Source: an uncultured archaeon
Lineage (GTDB): Archaea; Iainarchaeota; Iainarchaeia; Iainarchaeales; CSSED10-239
Reading direction: 5' to 3'
DNA: 9,774 bases
Assembly (NCBI GenBank): GCA_964468895.1
Contig: CAYXWT010000029.1
Location: forward strand, 1 to 9,774
Shown: piece by piece, positions 1 through 7,590 of the stretch
How positions within the stretch are numbered: the stretch's first letter is position 1
How the letters are laid out: every line of letters starts with the position of its first letter
Program-made: the position numbers and the translations under genes
Notes under the pieces: generated by a model
What the model was told of the DNA's origin: nothing
What the model saw: the letters and a program-made list of their open reading frames with translations, nothing else
Database searches by the model: none

Positions 1-368
1 TTAATAACTTTAAATTTAATTGAAACTTCTCCTTCTGCTACACCTCTTAGAAGAATACCAGTTACTTGATGTATTTGATCTTTAGCTATAGATATATGAA
101 CATCTCCATAATAATCTTCTTTAGATTTGTAAAATTCTCCAGAAACAAATCTTATTTTACATGGTTGATTATAATTTCTTTGTCTTAAAGTTCCTGATGT
201 TGTTGTAGAAATGTTTATGTTTTTTAACATACCTTGAGCAGAAACTAAAGATGCTTTTTTTATATCGTGATCTTTAAATGCTTGTTCAATACATTCTAAA
301 ACTTCATCATCATTATCTAGTATAATATCCAAATAGGTGTTATTTTTCTCAATCATGTGATTTTTCAT
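1..368 (-). CDS. PPC/DUF296-like domain protein; C-terminus cut off by the window edge
   Basis: This ORF is not in the supplied track because it has no stop inside the window. My manual minus-strand translation from the ATG at 368-366 (alternative ATG at 356-354) gives MKNHMIEKNNTYLDIILDNDDEVLECIEQAFKDHDIKKASLVSAQGMLKNINISTTTSGTLRQRNYNQPCKIRFVSGEFYKSKEDYYGDVHISIAKDQIHQVTGILLRGVAEGEVSIKFKVI..., open to position 1. An in-frame TAG lies upstream at 449-447. The layout matches my recollection of the PPC (DUF296) fold: an acidic N-terminal strand-helix, then G..L..I.. and a late H-x-S/H..G-x-L-x-G..A-x-x-EV segment. The family assignment is from memory, not a search. Confidence 0.5.
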   Translation of the reverse strand, partial: MKNHMIEKNNTYLDIILDNDDEVLECIEQAFKDHDIKKASLVSAQGMLKNINISTTTSGTLRQRNYNQPCKIRFVSGEFYKSKEDYYGDVHISIAKDQIHQVTGILLRGVAEGEVSIKFKVI

Positions 369-472
369 CCCGCTTTTAATCTTATTTAATCTTTTTAAAT
401 TTAGATTAATTAAATTATTTTTATATATATAATTTATAATAGAAACCTATTTAAAATAGTTTTTTTTAAGTT

Positions 473-1399
473 TTATGAAATAAAACTAAATATATTTTTA
501 TTTTCTATAGTTCTTTCAATTAATTCTATTAGTATCTTAGATTTATTTAAAACTTTTATTTTAGGCGAAATTTTTTGTTTAGAGGCTGTTGCTATAAATA
601 TTTTATTAATTACTGATTTTTCTATTCTTTCAATAGCATCTTCTGAAAATATACCATGTGTTGCTAGTATGTATATTTTTCTAGCACCTTTAAGTGTTAA
701 ATAATTAGATAAATTAATTAAAGTTTTAGCAGTATCAATAGTATTTGCAATAATTAAAATTTCTTTATTATTAACACTACTTTCTAATTTAAAATTATAA
801 TTTTGTTTTTTAGTTTTGTTAATAATATTAATAAATTCACAATCTATTTCTTTTGCAACTTTTTGAGCTTTTCCTTCTAATTCATAATCTGCTGTAGTTA
901 CAATTAAACCTTTTTTAAAAGAAAAATCATATAAGACATCTGAAAATAATTTCTTTAGAGATACATTATATACTGGTATTCTAAAAGTAGAAATTATTAA
1001 ATTTGAATATAAATCAAAAGTATAAATATAATTAATTTTACATTCTTCAATTAATCTTGCAATTAAATTTGTATTTGAATAATAGTCTAAATTAATTGGG
1101 CTTTTGGTATATGGCATGTAAGGACATACTAAACTAATTTCTTTTGCTCCATTTTTTTTAAGAATGTCTGCAATATGTAAAATTTGCATTATAGATTCAT
1201 TTACTGGTTGTGTTATATTATATAATAAAAATATCTTTTTGTTATTAACATGTGAATTTAATTTAATTACAGTTTCACTACCATTTATTTTTTTTACAGA
1301 TAATTCACCTAAAAGGATATTTGTACTTTGAGAAATAGTTCTTGCTAAGGACTTATCCTTTTCATTTGAAATAATTAAATAATCATCTTTATTATACAT
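473..1399 (-). CDS. Ribose-phosphate pyrophosphokinase (PRPP synthetase) family homologue, highly divergent and possibly non-catalytic
   Basis: 308-aa track ORF. Length and overall pattern follow PRPP synthetases: an N-terminal half ending in LVCPYMPY (canonical PY..YARQDR/K), a central F-D-L-Y (canonical DLH or PHE), a PRT-type loop IIANTIDTAKT (canonical VDDIIDTGGT), then ATHGIFSEDAIERI (canonical THG/HPV..S..A..RI). The motif substitutions are discussed under findings. Confidence 0.7.
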   Translation of the reverse strand: MYNKDDYLIISNEKDKSLARTISQSTNILLGELSVKKINGSETVIKLNSHVNNKKIFLLYNITQPVNESIMQILHIADILKKNGAKEISLVCPYMPYTKSPINLDYYSNTNLIARLIEECKINYIYTFDLYSNLIISTFRIPVYNVSLKKLFSDVLYDFSFKKGLIVTTADYELEGKAQKVAKEIDCEFINIINKTKKQNYNFKLESSVNNKEILIIANTIDTAKTLINLSNYLTLKGARKIYILATHGIFSEDAIERIEKSVINKIFIATASKQKISPKIKVLNKSKILIELIERTIENKNIFSFIS

Positions 1400-1425
1400 A
1401 TTAAATACTATTTATGATGATATTA

Positions 1426-1485
1426 TTTATAAATATTTCTAAAATTGGAATTATTTGAATTTTAGTATTTTTATAAATATTTCTA
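1426..1485. promoter_or_regulatory. Divergent promoter region holding two exact copies of a 16-nt element, TTTATAAATATTTCTA, each containing the palindromic TATA-like octamer TTTATAAA
   Basis: The exact 16-mer is at 1426-1441 and 1470-1485, offset 44 nt, in the 149-nt spacer between the divergently oriented PRPP-synthetase-like gene (ATG at 1399) and leuS (ATG at 1549). The first copy sits about 30 nt upstream of the minus-strand ATG, which would fit an archaeal TATA box driving a leaderless or short-leader mRNA. No start site is known. Confidence 0.3.
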
Positions 1486-1548
1486 TACCTATTATATAAT
1501 ATATTAGAATAAAAAATATATTGTATAAATATTAAATGTTGATTTTAA

Positions 1549-4458
1549 ATGTATAATTATAAAGATTTTGAAAAGAAATGGCAAAACAGATGGTCAGAAG
1601 AAAAAATAGGTTCTGTAAAAAGAGATGAAAACAAAAAAAAATATTTTATAATTTGGGCTTATTTAACAGTTTCTGGATTTCATCATATAGGACATATGAG
1701 AGGTTTTTCTTATGCTGATAGTATTGCAAGATATAAAAGAATGTTAGGTTATAATGTTTTACTTCCTGCTGGTGGTCATGCTACTGGTAATGGTGCTGTT
1801 TCTAAATCTCAAAAAATTGCTAATTTAGACAAAGATACTATTAATTATTATAAATCATATGGTCTTAGTGATAGTGATTTAGAATTATTAAAAACTCCTG
1901 AAGGATTTGTAGATTTCTTTTCTAAAAGATATGTTAAAGATTATAATGATTTTGGATTTATTGGAGATTGGAATAGATTTACTGTTACTACTAATAAAGA
2001 TTATAGCAAATTTATTGAATGGCAATTTAAAAAATTAAATGAATTAAATTTATTAGTTCAAAAACCTTATTATGCAACAGCATGTATTAAGTGTGGCCCT
2101 GTTGCAGTAGATCCTTCTGAAATGGATTTAAGTAAAGGTGGAAATGCACAAAAAAATGAATATACTATTATTAAACTTAATTTTGAAAAATCAAATCAAT
2201 TTATTGTTGTAGCTACTCTAAGACCTGAAACTATGTTTGGACAAACTAATGTGTGGTTAGACTATAATATAGATTATGTTAAATTTAAAGTAGATGATGA
2301 AATTTGGATTGCTACAAATGAATTTGTAGAAAAATTAAAATATCAGAAAGATTGTGTTATAGAGATTATTGAACCAATCTCTGGAAAAGATCTTGTAGGT
2401 AAATATTGTAAAGCTCCTTTTATAGATAGAGATATAATAATATTACCTTCTAAGTTTTGTGATCCTAATGTTGGTACTGGAATAGTAACTTCAGTACCAA
2501 GTGATGCTCCTGCTGATTGGATTGGATTATGTGATCTTCAAAGAAGTAAGGAAGAATGTGAAAAATATAATCTTGATTATGAAGTTATAAAAAACATAAA
2601 ACCAATTTCTATAATTAAATCAAAAGGATATGGAAATTATCCTGCAATTGAAATTTGTGAAAAGTTAGGTATTAATTCTCAAAATGATGTTGTAAAACTA
2701 GAAGTTGCAAAAAAAGAAGTTTATAAAACTGGTTTTCATACAGGTGTTATGAAAGAGAATTGTGGTGCTTATAGTAATTTAAAAGTAGAAGATGCTAAAA
2801 ATAAAATGAAAATTGATTTGATTAAAGAAAATAAAGCAGATATATTTTATGGACTTAGTGAAGAAGTTGTTTGTAGATGTGGTAATCCTGTAGTTATAAA
2901 AAAAGTTGATGATCAATGGTTTTTAAGATATAGTGATGAAGATTTAACTAAAAATACTATTGAACATACCAAAGAAATGTTAATTAAACCTGAACAATTT
3001 AAAAAAAATCTTCCTAATATTTTAAATTGGTTTGAAGATAGAGCTTGTGCTAGACAAGGTAGGTGGTTAGGAACTAAACTTCCTTTTGATAAAACTTATT
3101 CTATTGAAGCTATTTCAGATAGTACTCTTTACCCACTATTTTATTTAGTAAGTTTGTATAGTAATTCAGGTCAAATTGTTCCTGAACAAATGACTGAAGA
3201 ATTTTTTGATTATGTTTACTTAGGCAAAGGAAATATTGATGATGTTAGTAATAAAACATCTGTTTCTGTTGAATTATTAAATAATATTAGAAAAGATGTG
3301 GAATATTGGTATCCTTTAGATATTAATTTAGGAGGAAAAGAACATCAAACAGTTCATTTCCCTGTATTTTTAATGAATCATGTAGGTATTTTACCTAAAA
3401 ATATGTGGCCTCAAGGAATATTTGTAAACTGGTGGGTTACTTCTAAAGGGGGTAAGATTTCTAAATCTAAAGGTGGTGTAGGTGCTGTTAGCAATGAAGC
3501 TAGTAAATATTCTATTGATGCTATGAGATTGTTTTATGCAAATGTTGCAAATACTTTTACAGATATTGCTTTTGATGAAGAAGATTTAATTAAATATAAA
3601 CAAAGACTTGAAAAGATATTTGGTTTTATTGAAGATATTATTGAAAAATCAAAAATTAATAATAAAAGTTCTATTGAATTAAATAATTTAGATCTTTGGT
3701 TGGAATCTAGATTTAATAATACATTAAAATCTATAATTAAATCTATGGATGCTGTAGAGTTTAAGTTTACTACTGATGAAATTTATTATAATTTTTATAA
3801 TGATTTGATGTGGTATATTAATAGAGGTGGAAATAACTGTAATGTGTTGTTATTGGTTGTTAAAAAATGGATTTTAACTTTTGGTTTATTTACTCCTCAT
3901 ATGGCTGAAGAATTAAATGAAAAAATTGGAAATTCTGAACTTGTAGCTTTAAGTAAATTCCCTGAAGTAAATGTTGATAAAATAAGAGCAGATCTTGAGC
4001 TTAATGAACAAAATATTGATAAAATATCAGGAGATATTAGAAAAGTTATAGAGTTAAGTAATCTTGAAAAAATAAATTCTATTAATATATATATTTCTTC
4101 TATAGAATTATATGATTATTATAAAGATTTAAATAGTAAATGGCTTGAAATTAATGCTGTTGCAATTAATAATAGTTGTAAACCAAATATTAAAGAAATT
4201 ATTTTGTTTATGAATTTTAAATATAGTAACAGATCTAATGAAAATCCTAAAAGAATAATGTCTTTTATTAAAAAAGATAAAAATTTTATGGATTTTAATC
4301 TAGATCAAAATAAAGAATATAAATTATGGGCTGATGTTAAACCATTTTTAGAAAAAATGTTCTTTTGTAATATAAATATAATTAGAGCAGAAGAAGATTT
4401 GGAAAATATTAAAGCTAAAAATGCTAGTCCTGGAAAGATAGGTATTGTTGTTAACTAA
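1549..4458 (+). CDS. leuS: Leucyl-tRNA synthetase, archaeal/eukaryal type
   Basis: 969-aa track ORF. The class I HIGH motif (H-I-G-H) is at nt 1684-1695 and the KMSKS-type motif K-I-S-K-S at nt 3454-3468. The N-terminus KKWQNRW and GGHATGNG after the HIGH region follow the archaeal pattern (bacterial proteins have MG.D.FGLP). CP1 editing-domain signatures TLRPETMFGQTN and GTGIVTSVPSDAPADW are present. The ~970-aa length is typical of archaeal LeuRS with its C-terminal tRNA-binding domain. Confidence 0.95.
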   Translation: MYNYKDFEKKWQNRWSEEKIGSVKRDENKKKYFIIWAYLTVSGFHHIGHMRGFSYADSIARYKRMLGYNVLLPAGGHATGNGAVSKSQKIANLDKDTINYYKSYGLSDSDLELLKTPEGFVDFFSKRYVKDYNDFGFIGDWNRFTVTTNKDYSKFIEWQFKKLNELNLLVQKPYYATACIKCGPVAVDPSEMDLSKGGNAQKNEYTIIKLNFEKSNQFIVVATLRPETMFGQTNVWLDYNIDYVKFKVDDEIWIATNEFVEKLKYQKDCVIEIIEPISGKDLVGKYCKAPFIDRDIIILPSKFCDPNVGTGIVTSVPSDAPADWIGLCDLQRSKEECEKYNLDYEVIKNIKPISIIKSKGYGNYPAIEICEKLGINSQNDVVKLEVAKKEVYKTGFHTGVMKENCGAYSNLKVEDAKNKMKIDLIKENKADIFYGLSEEVVCRCGNPVVIKKVDDQWFLRYSDEDLTKNTIEHTKEMLIKPEQFKKNLPNILNWFEDRACARQGRWLGTKLPFDKTYSIEAISDSTLYPLFYLVSLYSNSGQIVPEQMTEEFFDYVYLGKGNIDDVSNKTSVSVELLNNIRKDVEYWYPLDINLGGKEHQTVHFPVFLMNHVGILPKNMWPQGIFVNWWVTSKGGKISKSKGGVGAVSNEASKYSIDAMRLFYANVANTFTDIAFDEEDLIKYKQRLEKIFGFIEDIIEKSKINNKSSIELNNLDLWLESRFNNTLKSIIKSMDAVEFKFTTDEIYYNFYNDLMWYINRGGNNCNVLLLVVKKWILTFGLFTPHMAEELNEKIGNSELVALSKFPEVNVDKIRADLELNEQNIDKISGDIRKVIELSNLEKINSINIYISSIELYDYYKDLNSKWLEINAVAINNSCKPNIKEIILFMNFKYSNRSNENPKRIMSFIKKDKNFMDFNLDQNKEYKLWADVKPFLEKMFFCNINIIRAEEDLENIKAKNASPGKIGIVVN

Positions 4459-4482
4459 TTAAATTATGTTTCTAATAGTTGG

Positions 4483-4992
4483 ATGTGTTTTGTTTTGCCA
4501 AAAGTAAATTATGAAATTTATAGAAAAAAAATAAAAAGAGTTCCAGTAGGTAGGGGTTATAGTGAAAAAACACTGGAAAGTTTAGTTAATTTATCTGAAA
4601 GAATAAAAGTTAGAGAACTTAAATTATTAGAAAGTTGTATTAAGAATCGTAAATTTGAAAAAAAGTTTACAAGTAGAGAATATAAAAGTATTTGTAGAAA
4701 ATTAGAATTTTTAATGGATTTAACTAAGAAAAGATTAGATGAAATCACTCGTTTTAATGATGTATTTACTATTACTGATAGAAGTGAATTTCATTTTTTA
4801 AATTATTTTGTAGGTACTTTAAATGCTATAAAAAGTGAAGTTTATAAAAATCTTGGTACCTTCAATATTAGGATTTTAGATTTTGAAAAAGAAAAATTAG
4901 AAAAAATTAATAAAATTAGACTTGGTTTGTTAAAAATTGATGCAATAAAATCTGTACTAAAAGAAAAAAGTATCACAGATATATTTAACTAA
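4483..4992 (+). CDS. Hypothetical protein; Lys/Glu-rich, predicted mostly alpha-helical, no family recognised
   Basis: 169-aa track ORF starting 24 nt after the leuS stop on the same strand. It is the longest ORF in this stretch. Composition and codon style match the neighbours, and heptad-like charged segments occur (KVRELKLLESCIKNRKFEKK, EKEKLEKINKIRLGLLKIDAIK). I see no catalytic motif, transmembrane segment or signal peptide. Confidence 0.55.
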   Translation: MCFVLPKVNYEIYRKKIKRVPVGRGYSEKTLESLVNLSERIKVRELKLLESCIKNRKFEKKFTSREYKSICRKLEFLMDLTKKRLDEITRFNDVFTITDRSEFHFLNYFVGTLNAIKSEVYKNLGTFNIRILDFEKEKLEKINKIRLGLLKIDAIKSVLKEKSITDIFN

Positions 4993-5027
4993 ATTTATTT
5001 TTAAAAAATATCTAAAAGAAATAATCT

Positions 5028-5537
5028 ATGAATAATAAATTAAAAAAAGGTTTTAAAAATCAATTTTTTTTTTCAAATACTCTTTTGACTTTAAAAAAAA
5101 AAACTTTTGTATATAAAATTTATTACTGGTTAATTAGTTTTAATTTATTTTATAAAATTAAAAGTTTTCTTAAATATGGTGTTGTTGGTATTTTAGGGAC
5201 TTTGACAGATTTGTGCATCTTGTATTTTTTAAATAATGTTATTGGTATATATTATATAACTGCTACATTAATATCTGATTTTTGTGGAAATTATGTGAAT
5301 TATAATTTACATAAAAAATATGCTTTTAAGTCAAAAAGAAAGTCTTTTTTTAGAGAATTTGTTTCTTTTATTAAATATTATTTTGTATCAATAATAGCTA
5401 TTATAGTGGTATTTGGGTTGGTAATATTTTTTGTAGAGGTGTTTAGATTTTTACCTGTTGTTGCAAAATTATGTTCAGATTTAATAGTTCTTTTTATAAG
5501 ATTTATTGGACATAAACTAGTTTTTAATAAAAAATAG
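5028..5537 (+). CDS. GtrA-family polytopic membrane protein (glycan/lipid-carrier translocation family)
   Basis: 169-aa track ORF. FLKYGVVGILGTLTDLCILYFLNNV, followed by further hydrophobic helices and a conserved-style NY.LHKKYAF loop, matches the GtrA-like family pattern (F..F..VG..G...). The ~45-residue N-terminal extension (MNNKLKKGFKNQFFFSNTLLTLKKKTFVYKIYYWLISFNLFY) is unusual for the family. The true start could therefore lie downstream, for example at an in-frame TTG near 5085. Confidence 0.7.
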   Translation: MNNKLKKGFKNQFFFSNTLLTLKKKTFVYKIYYWLISFNLFYKIKSFLKYGVVGILGTLTDLCILYFLNNVIGIYYITATLISDFCGNYVNYNLHKKYAFKSKRKSFFREFVSFIKYYFVSIIAIIVVFGLVIFFVEVFRFLPVVAKLCSDLIVLFIRFIGHKLVFNKK

Positions 5538-5667
5538 TTGATTTACTATATATCGTTAAATAATATGTGTTTATACAGTTTTTGGAGGCTATAATATATA
5601 ACTTATAATAATTAATTGAAGTTAACTGATGTTGGTTAAATTTTTTAATTTATAAATTGTGTAAACT

Positions 5668-6240
5668 ATGAAAAAATTATTTTTAATATTTTTGAATGTT
5701 ATAATATTTGTTTTAATGTTTAATTTTGTTTTGGCAAGTTCTGCAGATAATTTTAATTCTTCAAATTATTGGGACAAATGGCAAGGTTATATGGGTATTA
5801 ACAATGGATATAATACAAATGAACTAGGTGTTGGTGGAATTGGAGAAGTTGGTTATTTAGATTTGGGTTTAGTATTAAGTGGAAATTATATTCATAATAA
5901 TTTAATATATATTAGTGGTGGACTAAATTATTATCCTGTAGATGATTTAGTTATGGGTGGGTCTTATTCATATTATCCTTCTGATAATGAAGCTAGAAAT
6001 TGTAATTATTCTGAAGGTTATGAATCTTATAATGGCCATGTAGGTTATGATTTTGGACTTGTAGAAACAGATATTCAATATAAAAAAGATACTGATGGAG
6101 ATTGGTATGTGGGTAATATTGAATATAATATTAATGATAATTGGGATGCTTATGGAGAATATCAATATAATGAGAGTTTACAAGATAAGGTGTCTGTAGG
6201 TTTAAAATATACCTGGGATAGTACTTATAGAAAAAGATAG
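5668..6240 (+). CDS. Small secreted or envelope protein with an N-terminal Sec-type signal peptide; Gly/Tyr/Asn/Asp-rich, all-beta, outer-membrane-beta-barrel-like pattern
   Basis: 190-aa track ORF. MKK, then a 20-residue hydrophobic core, then VLA/SSA gives a predicted signal peptide of about 23-26 residues (nt 5668 to ~5745). The mature part has repeated alternating aromatic/small-residue strands separated by G/N/D turns (GEVGYLDLG, LIYISGGLNYYP, VMGGSYSYYP, GHVGYDFG, WYVGNIEYNIN, AYGEYQYNE, VSVGLKYTW). There is no C-terminal membrane anchor. Confidence 0.7.
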   Translation: MKKLFLIFLNVIIFVLMFNFVLASSADNFNSSNYWDKWQGYMGINNGYNTNELGVGGIGEVGYLDLGLVLSGNYIHNNLIYISGGLNYYPVDDLVMGGSYSYYPSDNEARNCNYSEGYESYNGHVGYDFGLVETDIQYKKDTDGDWYVGNIEYNINDNWDAYGEYQYNESLQDKVSVGLKYTWDSTYRKR

Positions 6241-6251
6241 ATTTTATAATC

Positions 6252-7448
6252 TTATTTTCCACTTACTATTTCTATAACATCATTGTTTTTAAGTAAATGA
6301 TTTTTACCTAAAAGCATTTTTGTTTTAACATCAATTGCTTTTATGAAATTATTTCCAAAATCTGTATGTAATTTGAATGCAAAATCTATTGCTTTTGAGT
6401 TAGGTGGCATTAAAAAACAATCTGGTAAAATATTTCCATCTTTATCTTCTAATTTTTTTGTACCTCCTGGATATACACAAAAATATTTTAAAGTTTTAAA
6501 AACAATGTAATCTAATATTTCTTGAACTCCAGTTGATCCAAATTTATCTTGTATGTTTACTTTTATGAAATCTAAAGCTTTTTTTTGTTTTTCAGTAATA
6601 TCTTCTCTGATTATTTTAAAATCGTTACTTCCTGGAAGGTAGTCTATAATTTTTGATTTATCAGCACTTTTAAGTGCAAGTTCGCTTTCTGCACTACACC
6701 CAATTATTATAAGATTAGGAAATTCTTTTTTTAATTTATCTAAATTTTCTTTAGAATTTGGTAAATCTATTTTATTTGCTGCAATTATTATTGGTTTACT
6801 TATTTTTCTTACTTTTTTTGTAAATAGTTTAAGTGTTTCATCATTCCAATCTTCAATATATGTTTCTTTAAGATTTAACTCTTTTAATACAATATCTAAT
6901 TGTTCTTCGTTTACTTTCATAGAGGCCATAAAACTTAATAATGCTGTTGTAGTTTTTATTTTTTTAGTTTTTTGTTCTTTAGCTACTTTTAGAAAGTTTT
7001 TTTTATATATTCCAAATAACCAGGTTTCTATTTCTTCTAATAAAAAATGTATTTCATTTGCTGGATTATAACTATTTGGTTTAACACTTCTTCCTTCTTC
7101 GTCAGTTGACCCAGATAAATCTATTACTTGTATTAATGCATCTGCTTGATAAAGATCTGTTAAAAACTTATTACCTAGCCCTCTTCCTTCATTTGCACCA
7201 GGAACTAATCCTGCAACATCAATTATGTCTATAGGTATGTATCTAGTGTGATTTTTACAAAAACCATGTCTTGGATTGCATTGTACATTAAAGAAACTAT
7301 CTATACATTTGTTTCTAACAAATCCTATACCTTTATTTGGATCTATTGTAGTAAAAGGATAGTTTGCTGCTTCTACATCCATTAATGTTGCTGCTTTGAA
7401 AAAAGTTGTTTTTCCTACATTTGGTTTTCCTACTATTCCTATTAACAT
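6252..7448 (-). CDS. Obg-like GTPase of the Ygr210/OLA1(YchF) group with a C-terminal TGS-like domain
   Basis: 398-aa track ORF. G1 is GKPNVGKT (nt 7407-7430), followed by YPFTTIDPN (G2), DVAGLVPGA (G3), NKID (G4) and CSAE (G5). A Cys/His-containing insert (CIDSFFNVQCNPRHGFCKNH) precedes G3 and a helical insert follows it. A C-terminal beta-grasp-like tail ends in NNDVIEIVSGK. This architecture is what I recall for the Ygr210 subfamily found in archaea and fungi. Confidence 0.85.
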   Translation of the reverse strand: MLIGIVGKPNVGKTTFFKAATLMDVEAANYPFTTIDPNKGIGFVRNKCIDSFFNVQCNPRHGFCKNHTRYIPIDIIDVAGLVPGANEGRGLGNKFLTDLYQADALIQVIDLSGSTDEEGRSVKPNSYNPANEIHFLLEEIETWLFGIYKKNFLKVAKEQKTKKIKTTTALLSFMASMKVNEEQLDIVLKELNLKETYIEDWNDETLKLFTKKVRKISKPIIIAANKIDLPNSKENLDKLKKEFPNLIIIGCSAESELALKSADKSKIIDYLPGSNDFKIIREDITEKQKKALDFIKVNIQDKFGSTGVQEILDYIVFKTLKYFCVYPGGTKKLEDKDGNILPDCFLMPPNSKAIDFAFKLHTDFGNNFIKAIDVKTKMLLGKNHLLKNNDVIEIVSGK

Positions 7449-7590
7449 AATTCTCTTAATTTAAAATTTAAATCTTAATTTTTTAAAAAAGTTTTATTTA
7501 ATTATCACAAAAAATTCTGATATTAATTTTATATACTTATAATAATATATATGTGTAGGTATGTTGTTTTAATATTATTGGTGATAATTT

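Noticed and set aside
1414-1420. C-box-like ATGATGA in the prs-like/leuS spacer, a possible archaeal C/D box sRNA
   Set aside because: No D or D' box (CTGA) follows within the next ~70 nt and there is no terminal pairing. The heptamer is expected by chance in this composition.
4456-4485. The 169-aa ORF is in the same reading frame as leuS, separated only by the TAA stop and eight sense codons (LNYVSNSW), which suggests stop-codon readthrough or a split gene
   Set aside because: At 969 aa the LeuRS is already full length for the archaeal type, with its C-terminal domain. Sharing a frame has a one-in-three chance, and an 8-codon open spacer is not rare. No recoding signal is evident. I treat them as two genes, though a sequencing error at the stop could be excluded from read data.
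4557-4748. 63-aa ORF on the minus strand, antisense to the 169-aa hypothetical gene
   Set aside because: It lies entirely within a longer ORF on the opposite strand. Its sequence is low-complexity and Leu/Ser/Phe/Asn-rich, as expected from reading AT-rich coding DNA backwards, and it has no motif. It is most likely spurious.
5649-5656. TTTATAAA octamer upstream of the secreted-protein gene as its TATA box, and apparent recurrence of this octamer in intergenic regions (1426, 1470, 5649, 8409)
   Set aside because: The octamer also occurs inside coding sequence (for example near 2719, 4850 and 5150), so intergenic enrichment is not established. The copy at 5649 is only ~12 nt from the ATG, too close for the usual archaeal TATA-to-start spacing.
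5968-6165. 65-aa ORF on the minus strand, antisense to the secreted beta-rich protein gene
   Set aside because: The Ile/Phe-dominated translation (IFSISIPIIINIIF...) is typical of antisense AT-rich sequence. It is fully nested in the better-supported plus-strand gene.
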